A DNA stretch of 48,476 nucleotides from a virus (lineage: Duplodnaviria; Caudoviricetes): IMG/VR virus record IMGVR_UViG_3300037423_001743, positions 1-48,476 of that record. One strand, 5' to 3'. The translations under genes were made by a program, and so were the position numbers. Positions 33,178-42,384 of this stretch are shown piece by piece (positions within the stretch are counted from its first letter, which is position 1; each line of letters opens with the position of its first letter). The notes under the pieces were generated by a model. That model made no database searches and had not been told where the DNA came from. It was given only the letters and a program-made list of their open reading frames with translations.

Positions 33178-34565
33178 CTACGTTCGTCGGCGCCGGCACG
33201 GCGGTGTCCGGCAACAACGCGGCGACGCTGACCCCGGGGCTGCACGCCAGCACCCAGGCCGGGGACCTGATCCTGCTGCACTGCTCCATCCGCGGTACCA
33301 CCGCTACCATGACCTCGCCCGGCTACCAGGTGGTCGCCGACAACACCAACGAGCGCATCCTCGCGAAGATCGCCGGAGCCGGTGAGCCCGCCCCGGTCGT
33401 CACGTTCACCGGCGGCGCGGCAGGCGACGACAACATCGCGCAGGCCGCCACCTGGCGCGGCATGGAGCCGTCCGTCGGGAACATCGTCTCCGTCGTCCAA
33501 ACCAACGGCACCGCGGTCAACCTGGCCTACCCGGCGCTGACCGTCCCCGCCAACAACCACACCGTCATCGTCGGCGGGTGGCGGCAGGACGACACCACCG
33601 GCATCGCCACCATCGCCGGCTACACCGAGATCGACGAAACGAACGTCACCGCCGGCAACGACGCCGCGCAGGTGTGGGATTACCAGATCCAGACCACCGC
33701 GACGAACCTGTCCGCCGGCAGCTTCACCGTCACCGGCCTCACCGCGATCTCCAAGGGCCTGACCCTGCTGGTCCGGCCGGCCGCCGCGATCGCTGTGACC
33801 ACCCAGACGTCGTGGCCGCCGCGCACCCTGATTTCGGTCACCGGGCTGACCCTCGGCGACGACGTGTCCGTGTACCGGCAGGTCGCCGGCGAGCGGACCC
33901 TGCTCCGCGGCGGCACCGGCGTCGACGTGCTCGACCCGTCGTTCCTGGTGGTCGACGCGGAGTTGCCGTTCGGGGTCGCGGTGAGCTACGTGGCGGTGGT
34001 CAACAGCTTCGCCGAGTACGCCACCGGCTCGACCGTGTACACCCTGACCGGCGGGAAGGTGGCCGTCTCCGACGCGGTCGGTGGAGTCGCCGCCGAGACG
34101 GTCATCCTGTCCTGGCCGGAGAAGGGCCGCGACACCAACTCGTCGGTGTACCGGGCCGGCGGCCGGAACATCGTCGTGTCCGCGCCGCTCGGCCAGTTCA
34201 CGTCGACGGTCGAGTTCTTCGTCGAGACCACGTCGGCGGTCGACAACCTGACCGAGGCGCTCGCGTCGGCGACCAGCAACACGCTGCAGATCCGGCAGGC
34301 GGGCGGCTACGACGGCGTCGACTGCTACGTCGCGGTGTTGAAGACCGCGGAGCGGCGCTGGTCGCAGGACGGCTCCGACCAGCGGCGGGTGATCGCCGTG
34401 GATGTGGCCGAGGTGTCCGGGTGGGCGCCCACCCTCGAGGCCCGCGGGTTCACCCTCGGCGATATCGCCACCTACTACGGCGTGAACGGCACCCTCGCCG
34501 ACATCACCGCCGACGGCCGGTTCTCCACCCTGCTCGGCCTGGCCCAAGCGGACTTCACCCCATGA
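33174..34565 (+). CDS. Minor tail protein (distal tail-like, with N-terminal beta domain)
   Basis: Coupled to tape measure; Thr/Gly/Ala-rich; QAGDLILL motif. Confidence 0.72.
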   Translation: MTTFVGAGTAVSGNNAATLTPGLHASTQAGDLILLHCSIRGTTATMTSPGYQVVADNTNERILAKIAGAGEPAPVVTFTGGAAGDDNIAQAATWRGMEPSVGNIVSVVQTNGTAVNLAYPALTVPANNHTVIVGGWRQDDTTGIATIAGYTEIDETNVTAGNDAAQVWDYQIQTTATNLSAGSFTVTGLTAISKGLTLLVRPAAAIAVTTQTSWPPRTLISVTGLTLGDDVSVYRQVAGERTLLRGGTGVDVLDPSFLVVDAELPFGVAVSYVAVVNSFAEYATGSTVYTLTGGKVAVSDAVGGVAAETVILSWPEKGRDTNSSVYRAGGRNIVVSAPLGQFTSTVEFFVETTSAVDNLTEALASATSNTLQIRQAGGYDGVDCYVAVLKTAERRWSQDGSDQRRVIAVDVAEVSGWAPTLEARGFTLGDIATYYGVNGTLADITADGRFSTLLGLAQADFTP

Positions 34566-35644
34566 TCTCGATGTCCGCCGACGCCCTGTCGGTGCTGCAG
34601 TCCGGCGCGCAACGCCAGTACGTGCGGGTCGAGTCGTGGCTGGACGACCAGCTCCTCGCCGACGACGTGCCGATCGACTCCGGCGGCGAGCAGTGTGACC
34701 GGTCGCAGCAGGTCCCGGAACGGGTGTCGCTGACCGTGCCCCGCACCGCGGACGGCGTGAACTGGTCACCCGAGGGTGACGATCTGCATCCGCTCGCCGC
34801 GAACGGGCAACGGCTGCGGGTGCTGCTCGGTGTCGGCCTGGCCAACGGTGTGGTCGAGTGGGTGCAGCGCGGCGAGTTCGTCATCTACTCGTCCGAGGCC
34901 AGCGGGGACACCGTCTCCGTCGAGGCGTACGGGCTGCTGTGGTTCATTTCTGAGGCCCGGCTGGTGTCCCCATACCAGCCGTCCGGCACGCTGGTGTCCA
35001 CGCTGCGCAGCCTGATCGAACCGGCCCTGACCGTCGACGTCGACGCCGCCCTCACCGACCGCAGCGTGCCGACGACGGGCATCAACTACGACGAGGACCG
35101 GCTCGGCGCCGTCAACGAGCTCCTCGACGCGTGGCCCGCCGTCGCGCAAGTCCAACCCGAGGGGTACCTGCTGGTCGAACCCGACACTGACCCGACCGTC
35201 GCTGACTTGGCTCTGTCCTCCACGGGCGCGAACGCGGTCGTCATTAACCGGACCGGCAGCAGCAGCCGGGACGGGTTCGCGAACGTCATCGTGGCCCGCG
35301 GCACCGCCGCCGACGGCGGCCAGATCCAGGGCGCCGCGTTCGACGCGTCGACCGGCCCGCGCCGCTACGGCGGCCCGGCCAACCCGCTGCCGGTGCCGTT
35401 CTACTACGCCAGCCCCCTACTCACCACGGTCGCGCAGTGCAACAGCGCCGCGAACACGAAGCTCGCGCGCCGCCGTCGGCTGGCGCAGCAGCCGTTCGAC
35501 ATCGTCATCCCGCCACGGCCGGACATCGTCGCCGGTGATGCCGTGTCCGTCGACGGGGTGCTGTGCACAGTGGAGAAACTCGGCCTGCCGTATGTGCCCG
35601 ACGCGTCCGGGATGCCGTTGACGTTGAGGCGGGTGCCGACGTGA
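34562..35644 (+). CDS. Minor tail/baseplate hub protein (DUF5047-like)
   Basis: LAANGQRLRV, RGEFVI, YDEDRLGAVNEL, ANVIVARG, FYYASPLLTT. Confidence 0.75.
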   Translation: MISMSADALSVLQSGAQRQYVRVESWLDDQLLADDVPIDSGGEQCDRSQQVPERVSLTVPRTADGVNWSPEGDDLHPLAANGQRLRVLLGVGLANGVVEWVQRGEFVIYSSEASGDTVSVEAYGLLWFISEARLVSPYQPSGTLVSTLRSLIEPALTVDVDAALTDRSVPTTGINYDEDRLGAVNELLDAWPAVAQVQPEGYLLVEPDTDPTVADLALSSTGANAVVINRTGSSSRDGFANVIVARGTAADGGQIQGAAFDASTGPRRYGGPANPLPVPFYYASPLLTTVAQCNSAANTKLARRRRLAQQPFDIVIPPRPDIVAGDAVSVDGVLCTVEKLGLPYVPDASGMPLTLRRVPT

Positions 35645-36390
35645 GCGGGCAGGCGGGGAAACCGACCACGCGGCTCGCGACGGCGACGTCGGCGAAGTCC
35701 GGCAGCACCTGCACGGCGGTCATCGACGGCATCGAGGTCACGGTGCAGTGCGCCCGGGACCTGACCGTCGCCTCCGGCGACGTGCTGATGCTGGTGCTGT
35801 TCGCGGCGCAGTGGTTCGCCGTCGGCCGCGCCTACACGGCCGCGCCGGTCGACACCACTCCCAACAATGTGGCGCCGCCGCAGCCGAGACCGACGACGGT
35901 TACCGGAACGACGGTGATCTCGCCGGTGGAGACCCGTTCCTACCGGTCCGGTGGGTGGCGCAGCGACAACGACGACGTGTACCAGGGCCAGTACGCCGGG
36001 AACGGCAACCACACCGGCTGCGCGTTCTATGGCAACAAACCGCGCTCGCTGTCCGGGGTGACCGTCACGTCCGCCCGGATCAAGGTGCGCCGCCCCGACG
36101 CCGGCGGGATGAACGCCGCGCAGGCCACAACGCTGCGGCAGGTCACCCAGAAGACCCGGCCCGCAGGTGCACCCACCCTGACCGGATCGACCGCCGGTCC
36201 GTCGCTGCGCCGCGGCCAGACGACGAACAGCTTCGCCATCCCGACCAGCTGGGGCCAGGACTTCGTCGACGGCAACGCGGGCGGCCTGGCCGTGTACGAG
36301 TCCGACGGCTCGCCGTACGTGATCCTGGCCGGGCGTAGCCGCTGGTCGGCCGCTTTCACCATGACGATCAGCTGGCAGAGGAGCACCTGA
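35641..36390 (+). CDS. Minor tail protein
   Basis: GTGA coupling; tail cluster; beta-rich. Confidence 0.7.
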   Translation: MSGQAGKPTTRLATATSAKSGSTCTAVIDGIEVTVQCARDLTVASGDVLMLVLFAAQWFAVGRAYTAAPVDTTPNNVAPPQPRPTTVTGTTVISPVETRSYRSGGWRSDNDDVYQGQYAGNGNHTGCAFYGNKPRSLSGVTVTSARIKVRRPDAGGMNAAQATTLRQVTQKTRPAGAPTLTGSTAGPSLRRGQTTNSFAIPTSWGQDFVDGNAGGLAVYESDGSPYVILAGRSRWSAAFTMTISWQRST

Positions 36391-36902
36391 TGCCCACCAC
36401 CAGTCGCGGCTACGTGTACCCGGCGTCCACCGAGCATGACCGGGTCTACGAGCACATCCAGAACCTCGCCAGCAGCGTCGACACCGACATCAGCGCGTTG
36501 ACCTCCGCGTGGACGGACTACACACCTACCTGGACCTCCACCGGCACGGCGCCCGCCCTGGGCAACGGCACGCTCACCGGCCGGTACAAGCAGGTCGGTA
36601 AACTCGTCACGGTCAAGATCAAGATCGTGTTCGGGTCGACCACCACGTTCGGCACCGGCGGGTACTCGTTCAGCCTGCCGGTCACCGCGAGCGGCACCGG
36701 AGACCAGGTCGGTGCCGCCTACTTCCGGGACACGTCCGGCACATCCTCCGGGCACTACAACGGCATCAGCTCGATCAGCGCGGGTGGGACCACGATCACC
36801 GGCTTCGAGTCGACCAACCACGCGCAGATCCAGGCCACGATCCCGGTGGTGTGGGTCAACACCGACTTCTTCGTCTTCACCATCACCTACGAGGCGGCAT
36901 AA
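36390..36902 (+). CDS. Minor tail/fibre protein
   Basis: TTSRGYVYP, WTDYTPTW, GNGTLTGRYKQVGKLV, YSFSLPV. Confidence 0.75.
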   Translation: MPTTSRGYVYPASTEHDRVYEHIQNLASSVDTDISALTSAWTDYTPTWTSTGTAPALGNGTLTGRYKQVGKLVTVKIKIVFGSTTTFGTGGYSFSLPVTASGTGDQVGAAYFRDTSGTSSGHYNGISSISAGGTTITGFESTNHAQIQATIPVVWVNTDFFVFTITYEAA

Positions 36903-36905
36903 ACC

Positions 36906-38039
36906 TTGCCCAGAAGACGCTCTGCTGCCCTTTTCGCCGCGGTCCTCACCGCGGCTTTTCTATGCCCATCGCGGGCGGCCGCCGACGACCCACCCACCCG
37001 CTCGGAGCAGTGGCGGGCCATCGCCGTGCAGGCATTGGACGAGTTCAAGGCGGCCGACGACGGCAACCAGCGGACCAACACGTACGCGTGGGCGCTCGAG
37101 GCCGAGATGCGGCTGAACGGGTACGACACCGCCTACGGCCGGCAGTTGCTGAACAAGGTGTACTCGCAGCGCAAGCCCGACGGCGGGTACGGCCTGCCGT
37201 TCGCCTATGACGCGCTGGGCGACGGCACCGTCAACGGCGTCGACACCACCTACACGGTGACCCTGGCCGGGCATGTGGGGCCGCCGTTCCTGCTGGCCTA
37301 CCGGCACGGCGTCGACACGGTGACCGCAGCCGACGGCAGCACCTGGTCGGTGAAGGCGCAGATCAAGCAGATCGTGCTGTTGCTGATGAGCACGCCGCAC
37401 ATCGACACCGCGCAAGGCCAGTGCCTCGCCTACTCGCGGAACCCGAACGACGCCCAGGTGTACGGCTGCGTCCACAACGCCAGCGCCGGCGCGGCGCGGT
37501 TCCTGTGGGACGCCAACGCCGCTGGGCTCGGCCGCGGCGGCCTGGCGGCGCTGGTGGAGGGCATCACCCGCCGCGAGGTGTACGCGTACATCGTCGGTCC
37601 GATCACCATCTACGGGGTCACCCGCACGAACTGGTGGCGCTACATGGACACCACCAGCCTCAACGACTGCGATCACAACAGCTACGACGCCGAGAGCATG
37701 TACTTCCTGGCGCCGCTGATCGGGCAGAACTCCGCGTGGATGCACATGAATCTGGACTGCGCCGACAACAGCAGCGCCCCGATCGCGCACATCCGGCTGG
37801 CTGCGCTGCCCGCCGTGCCGGGCCGCACCGACGCGGCGACCGGGCTCGCGACGTGGTGCCTGCTCGGCGATCGCTGGCTGCCCGAGGCGCAGGAGTTCCT
37901 GGCCACGACGAACGACCTGCAGCGGGTCACCCAGATCGCGCAAGGCGCCGTCCGGGTGGCCGACAACTGCCGCCAGGCGGGCGAACCGATACCTGGGCCA
38001 TCCGGCTCGCCGTCCCCGCTCCGTGCCATCGGTCAGTGA
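36906..38039 (+). CDS. Secreted protein with signal peptide, probable alpha/alpha-barrel
   Basis: MPRRR + hydrophobic core + AAA-DD cleavage site; QRKPDGGYG motif; multiple Cys. Confidence 0.65.
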   Translation: MPRRRSAALFAAVLTAAFLCPSRAAADDPPTRSEQWRAIAVQALDEFKAADDGNQRTNTYAWALEAEMRLNGYDTAYGRQLLNKVYSQRKPDGGYGLPFAYDALGDGTVNGVDTTYTVTLAGHVGPPFLLAYRHGVDTVTAADGSTWSVKAQIKQIVLLLMSTPHIDTAQGQCLAYSRNPNDAQVYGCVHNASAGAARFLWDANAAGLGRGGLAALVEGITRREVYAYIVGPITIYGVTRTNWWRYMDTTSLNDCDHNSYDAESMYFLAPLIGQNSAWMHMNLDCADNSSAPIAHIRLAALPAVPGRTDAATGLATWCLLGDRWLPEAQEFLATTNDLQRVTQIAQGAVRVADNCRQAGEPIPGPSGSPSPLRAIGQ

Positions 38040-38049
38040 GGAGATCGGA

Positions 38050-39054
38050 ATGCCTTTCCCTGTCGGCCTGACCCTGATCACGGTCTCCGGCACCGTCGCC
38101 GAGTACCCCAACGGGGGCGTTACCTCCGGGTCGATCACGTTCACGTCGCCGACGTGGCTGACCAGCTCCGTCGACGACGCCGTGGTCCCGCAGTTCGCCA
38201 AGACGGTCACACTCGCCGCCGATGGCACGTTCACCGTCAACCTGCCGGCCACGAACGACCCGGGGTGGACCCCGCAGGGTTGGGCGTACGACGTCAGGAT
38301 CGCGGTCGGGGGTCTCGTGTTCCGGGCGTCGCTGTCTCTGCCATACGACGGTGGCGCGGTCAACGTGGCCGATGTCTTGGCCCCGACGGCGCCGGTGCCC
38401 GGCCAGAGCTACGTGCTGCTGTCCTCGCGCGGCGCCCCGAACGGGGTGGCCAGCCTGGACGGCTCGGGGCTGGTCCCGCTGGCGCAGGTCGACCCGCTGG
38501 TGTCGGGTCGCTACCGGGCGAGCGATCAAGGCTTCGCTGCCTGGACGTTCGACGTCGAAGACGTACAGGCCAGCACGGTGCTGCCGCTCGGGGGCCTGTC
38601 TCACGTGGTTAGGTTCCGGGCGCTGACCAGCGTCATCTCGAATTTGCACTTCCACGTGGTCACCGGGGGCTCCGGCCTGACCGCCAACCAGTGCTTTGCC
38701 ACGCTGCACAATGACGCCGGGGCGCAGCTTGGGGCGGGGGCGATCACTGGCGACCTGTCGCCGGCATCGAGTGCCGGTTGGGGGTCGGGTGGGTTCAAGA
38801 CCTGTCCGCTGCAGGTCGCCCAGGCGGTCACGCCGTACGCCTGGTACCGGGTGCGGTTCTGGGGCAACGGCACCACCGGGCCGGCACTGTCCCGCAAGGT
38901 CAACTCCGCATCGGCCCTGCTGAACGCGCAGCTGGCCGCAGCGAACTCCCGCTACTCGACGGCGGACACCGGCCTGACCACTGCCGGATCGGCACCGAGC
39001 AACATCGGCGCGCAGACTGGGGCGGCCACTGCCTGGTGGGTAGGGGCCTCATGA
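38050..39054 (+). CDS. Tail fibre/receptor-binding-like protein
   Basis: RBS GAGGAG; DGTFTVNLPATNDP N-terminal module; GAPNGVASLDGSGLVP hinge motif. Confidence 0.7.
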   Translation: MPFPVGLTLITVSGTVAEYPNGGVTSGSITFTSPTWLTSSVDDAVVPQFAKTVTLAADGTFTVNLPATNDPGWTPQGWAYDVRIAVGGLVFRASLSLPYDGGAVNVADVLAPTAPVPGQSYVLLSSRGAPNGVASLDGSGLVPLAQVDPLVSGRYRASDQGFAAWTFDVEDVQASTVLPLGGLSHVVRFRALTSVISNLHFHVVTGGSGLTANQCFATLHNDAGAQLGAGAITGDLSPASSAGWGSGGFKTCPLQVAQAVTPYAWYRVRFWGNGTTGPALSRKVNSASALLNAQLAAANSRYSTADTGLTTAGSAPSNIGAQTGAATAWWVGAS

Positions 39055-39965
39055 TCATCGAGGGTGTCGACTACGCCTGGGACCGACCCAGCGCCGCCGG
39101 CCTGGCCGCCGCCGGGAAACGCTTCGCGATCCGCTACGGCGGGCCCGGCTCGGCCGGCAAGCAGCTCGACGCGGCCGAACTCAGCGCGCTGCGGGCGGCC
39201 GGGCTCGACGTCGTCGCCAACGCTGAGGGCACGGCGGATGGGCTGCTCGGCGGCTGGGACGTCGGCCGGTCCTGGGCGCGGGAGGCCGACCAGCATTTCC
39301 GTTCCCTCGGTATGCCCGCCGACCGGCCCATCTACCTGTCGGTCGATTTTGACGTCACCGACTCACAGTTGAAGGGGCGAGTGGCAGACGCGCTGCTCGG
39401 CGCGCGGTTGGAGCTCGGTGCCAACCGCGTGGGCGTGTACGGGTCGTACAAGGTCATGCAGTGGGCTCGGGCGAACGGACTGGCCCACTGGTTCTGGCAG
39501 ACCTACGCGTGGTCGGGCGGCCGGTGGGCTGCCGGTAACCACCTGGAGCAGTACCGCAACGGGGTCGCGCTCGCCGGCGGCACCGTCGACCTGACCCGCG
39601 CCACCACCGCCGACTACGGGCAATGGGGCTACCAACCGGAGGACGAAGTGACGCAGGAAGAGATCGCGGCTGGTGTGGGCGCCTTCTTCTGGGGGGCCTA
39701 CCACTACGTGATGCGGGGGACAACCGACACCTTCAACAAAGCGGACGCAGAGACGCAGAAGGTTTGGCGCAACTCTGCGATCGTCCTGCAGAAGGTGCTC
39801 GGCGGCCCGGTCAGCGAGGCCAACATCATCGGCGCGGTCAGCCAGGTCGACGAGGCAGTCTGGGCCAAGATCCCCAAGGATGTTACGGCCGCGGAGAAGG
39901 CCACCCTGCTGCGGGCCGTCCTCGGCGATGACGCGGCTGCCGTCGGCGCGCTGCTGCAGGCCTGA
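39051..39965 (+). CDS. Endolysin, DUF1906/GH25-like glycoside hydrolase
   Basis: GVDYA, FAIRY, PIYLSVDFD, VGVYG, WFWQTYAWSGG. Confidence 0.85.
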   Translation: MIIEGVDYAWDRPSAAGLAAAGKRFAIRYGGPGSAGKQLDAAELSALRAAGLDVVANAEGTADGLLGGWDVGRSWAREADQHFRSLGMPADRPIYLSVDFDVTDSQLKGRVADALLGARLELGANRVGVYGSYKVMQWARANGLAHWFWQTYAWSGGRWAAGNHLEQYRNGVALAGGTVDLTRATTADYGQWGYQPEDEVTQEEIAAGVGAFFWGAYHYVMRGTTDTFNKADAETQKVWRNSAIVLQKVLGGPVSEANIIGAVSQVDEAVWAKIPKDVTAAEKATLLRAVLGDDAAAVGALLQA

Positions 39966-39968
39966 TCC

Positions 39969-40373
39969 GTGCCGCTGCCAGGTCCGCCGCGCCGCGGCGT
40001 CCGAGTCGTCGCCTACGCCATGATGGCCGCCGCCGGCGGCGTCGCGTTCGCGATCCCGGTGTCCAGCATCAAGAGCAGCACGGGCTGGCTGGTTTACATG
40101 TGGGCCCTGTTCCTTCTCGTCGGCGGCCTGCTGTGCGGGTACGGCGCGGTCACCGACCGGTGGATCGGCGAGCTGGCGGGGCTGCCGTTGATCAGTTCCG
40201 CGTGGGGTGTGTACTTCGTGGTCCTCGCGCTATCCCGCACCGTCAGCGGCGCCGCCGCAGCACTCGCGTTCGGTGCCGTCGCGCTGATCCTGCTGGCTCG
40301 CTGGCAGGACGTGTCCAAGGTCAGACGGGAGGCGGACCGCGCTGCCCATCCGGGACCTCGGGAGCTTGCATGA
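39969..40373 (+). CDS. Four-TM membrane protein (holin candidate)
   Basis: Four hydrophobic segments; follows endolysin. Confidence 0.65.
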   Translation: MPLPGPPRRGVRVVAYAMMAAAGGVAFAIPVSSIKSSTGWLVYMWALFLLVGGLLCGYGAVTDRWIGELAGLPLISSAWGVYFVVLALSRTVSGAAAALAFGAVALILLARWQDVSKVRREADRAAHPGPRELA

Positions 40374-40696
40374 AGGCCAACGAGCTGATCGTCCCGTTGG
40401 TCACCCTGCTGCTCGGCGGCGGTGGGCTGGCGTTCCTGCAGGCCATCTTCCGGGGTGTCGGGTCGCTGCGTGGCGGTGCCCGGGCCCGGGAGCGGGAGGC
40501 TGTCAACGACCTCGCGCGGGCCCGCGACGCAGCCGATGAGCGGGCCGAGTGGGCGGAGGCGGACCGTGACTTCTGGCACGCGACGGCGGCCCGGTGGCGT
40601 TACCAGCTGGTCAGCAAGGGGATCGAGCCGATCCCGGCAGACCCGGTGCCGCCGTCGGCGCGGCGCGGCAAGGCCAGGCCGTCGAAGCTGAGCTAG
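40370..40696 (+). CDS. Membrane-anchored coiled-coil lysis-cassette protein
   Basis: LIVPLVTLLLGGGGLAFL TM then charged helix; ATGA coupling. Confidence 0.65.
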   Translation: MKANELIVPLVTLLLGGGGLAFLQAIFRGVGSLRGGARAREREAVNDLARARDAADERAEWAEADRDFWHATAARWRYQLVSKGIEPIPADPVPPSARRGKARPSKLS

Positions 40697-40896
40697 CGAT
40701 GGACGTGCTCGTCGTCGTACAGCTGCTCCCGGCAGCCGTCGGCCCGGCAGTCCCACAATCGGACCGGTTTGCCGCACACCGGGCAGCCACCGTACGACGG
40801 CGTCAGCTGGTTCTCGTGGCCGCGGGGGCAGACCGTCGGGGCGTCCTCGATCCACACGATCTTCCCGTGTTCCTCGATCGGGATCAGCCGCACCAT
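40693..40896 (-). CDS. Small zinc-ribbon protein
   Basis: CPRGH, CPVC, CRADGC. Confidence 0.6.
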   Translation of the reverse strand: MVRLIPIEEHGKIVWIEDAPTVCPRGHENQLTPSYGGCPVCGKPVRLWDCRADGCREQLYDDEHVHR

Positions 40897-40973
40897 GCAC
40901 CGAACCTACGTCGGCTTGAACGACGGAGCTCAGCATTCACGTTCCAGGCCGTTTCCTTGAAGATCAGATCGGA

Positions 40974-41177
40974 GTGATCGTCATGCTCGCTCGCATCCGT
41001 AAGGCTGTCATCGCCGGGCTCGGTGCTGGCATCGCTGCTGGCGTCGGCACCCTCGTGCAGTCCGGCGCGCCCACCAAGGACGAGGTCAGCAAGGCGCTCG
41101 GCGTGGCCATCGTCGCCGCTGTAACCGTCGGCTGGGCCACGTACAAGGTCCGCAACGCCCAGCCGGTCAGCCGATGA
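40974..41177 (+). CDS. Two-TM holin-like protein
   Basis: RKAVIAGLGAGIAAGV and ALGVAIVAAVTVGWATYKVRN; start may be 40983. Confidence 0.65.
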   Translation: MIVMLARIRKAVIAGLGAGIAAGVGTLVQSGAPTKDEVSKALGVAIVAAVTVGWATYKVRNAQPVSR

Positions 41178-41446
41178 AGCCCAGCGTTGGACGAGTCGTG
41201 CACTATGTCAGCCACGGCACCCCGCTCCGCGCCGATGGCACCCAGGCATTCGCCGCACACTGCCGGGCCGCCATCGTGACCGAGGTCGAACTCGGCGTGC
41301 CGAAGAGTCTCGGTGGTGAGCGTGTCGGCCTGGCCGTGCTCAACCCGACCGGCATCTTCATGCACTCGCTCGAAGCCGGGGGGTGCAAGTACCACGACGG
41401 CACCGACGTCGGCGGTACCTGGCACTGGCCGGAGCGCGTCGAGTGA
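41174..41446 (+). CDS. Conserved phage hypothetical protein
   Basis: KPSVGRVVHY...RAAIVT...LAVLNPTG...GTWHWPERV. Confidence 0.75.
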   Translation: MKPSVGRVVHYVSHGTPLRADGTQAFAAHCRAAIVTEVELGVPKSLGGERVGLAVLNPTGIFMHSLEAGGCKYHDGTDVGGTWHWPERVE

Positions 41447-41688
41447 GCGTGTGGACGTGGGCGTGGATCGGCTGGGGCGTCTACTTCGCTGTGGTCGAAG
41501 GTATGGCCCTGTTCAACTCCAAGCCCGGGGACACACTGTCCGAGCACGCCTGGGCCTGGCTGGGCTACGCGGCGACCGGCCAGGGTCCGCTGCGCCGGCC
41601 GTCGGGCTGGACGCGGCTACGCCGGTTCCTGCTCCTCGCCGGCCTGGCCTGGCTGGTCGTCCACCTGCTCACCGGAGGCGTCTTCTAG
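41443..41688 (+). CDS. Small membrane protein
   Basis: WTWAWIGWGVYFAVVEG, GDTLSEH, C-terminal TM. Confidence 0.7.
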   Translation: MSVWTWAWIGWGVYFAVVEGMALFNSKPGDTLSEHAWAWLGYAATGQGPLRRPSGWTRLRRFLLLAGLAWLVVHLLTGGVF

Positions 41689-41873
41689 GTCGCCGACGTC
41701 GACTCCGGCCTCGGCGAGGATCCGCTGTACGGTTCCGATGGCCAGCCAGTCGATTACGTCGTCGCCGTGCACGATGCGGTACGCCGAGGTAAGGCGCACC
41801 CCTTCACCCCAGACACGAGATCAAAAGCGCTCACGGTCGAGCTGAGACCGTTCTCCCTGGTCAGCGCAACATC

Positions 41874-41916
41874 AAAGCGGCCCCACTGCCTCTCGAGGTG
41901 GTGGGGCCGCTTTCTT
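41874..41916. terminator. Bidirectional terminator between late operon and transfer module
   Basis: AAAGCGGCCCCAC...GTGGGGCCGCTTT(CTT). Confidence 0.82.
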
Positions 41917-41921
41917 CGTTC

Positions 41922-42191
41922 TCACGTCGCGTTCTTCACGACCCTGCGGGCCCACTCGAACACCGTCCGGCCGACCCGGCGCCGGCGGCCCGCGCCCCGA
42001 CACATCCGGCAGTCCCGGAACACGCGGCCGTCCTTGCGGTCATGTCGGCCGCGGCCGTGGCAGCACCAGCAGTTGCCGAACGGGAACCACCAACACGACA
42101 CCGCGTAGTACACCGCCCACCCGAACGCGGTGATCGCGAGGACACCGCGGGGGTGCGCAGCCACCCAGCTTCCGATCCCAGCAGCGCTCAC
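41922..42191 (-). CDS. Membrane-anchored CxxCxGxG zinc-finger protein of actinomycete transfer modules
   Basis: RBS GGAGG, GTG 42191; TM then CWCCHGRG...CRMCRGAG. Confidence 0.72.
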   Translation of the reverse strand: MSAAGIGSWVAAHPRGVLAITAFGWAVYYAVSCWWFPFGNCWCCHGRGRHDRKDGRVFRDCRMCRGAGRRRRVGRTVFEWARRVVKNAT

Positions 42192-42209
42192 CGGCAGACC
42201 TCCGAATCG

Positions 42210-42379
42210 TGTCGCAGACGTTGTCGCGGCAGCGGATCTTGTCGCGGATCCGCGACATGGCCCGCGACATGGTTGAGCAGGGAAAACACGCTGATGTCGC
42301 GTGTCGCGGCACCCCCGCCGGACCACGAAAAACGGGCCCTGGCGGGGGTTGCGGGCACCGACGTCAGCGAGCCGCGACA
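42210..42379. repeat. clt-like locus: 8-bp TGTCGCGG/CCGCGACA repeats
   Basis: Copies at 42210, 42222, 42240, 42295, 42302 (forward; two imperfect) and 42250, 42262, 42372 (reverse), immediately 3' of traB. Confidence 0.7.
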
Positions 42380-42384
42380 AGCCT

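Noticed and set aside
33174-39054. Diversity-generating retroelement or invertible tail-fibre cassette
   Set aside because: No reverse transcriptase, invertase or template/variable repeat pair noticed
41617-41799. Small reverse-strand ORF after the lysis cassette
   Set aside because: Overlaps the 41443-41688 gene by 72 bp and has no recognisable motif; may be a remnant but cannot be supported
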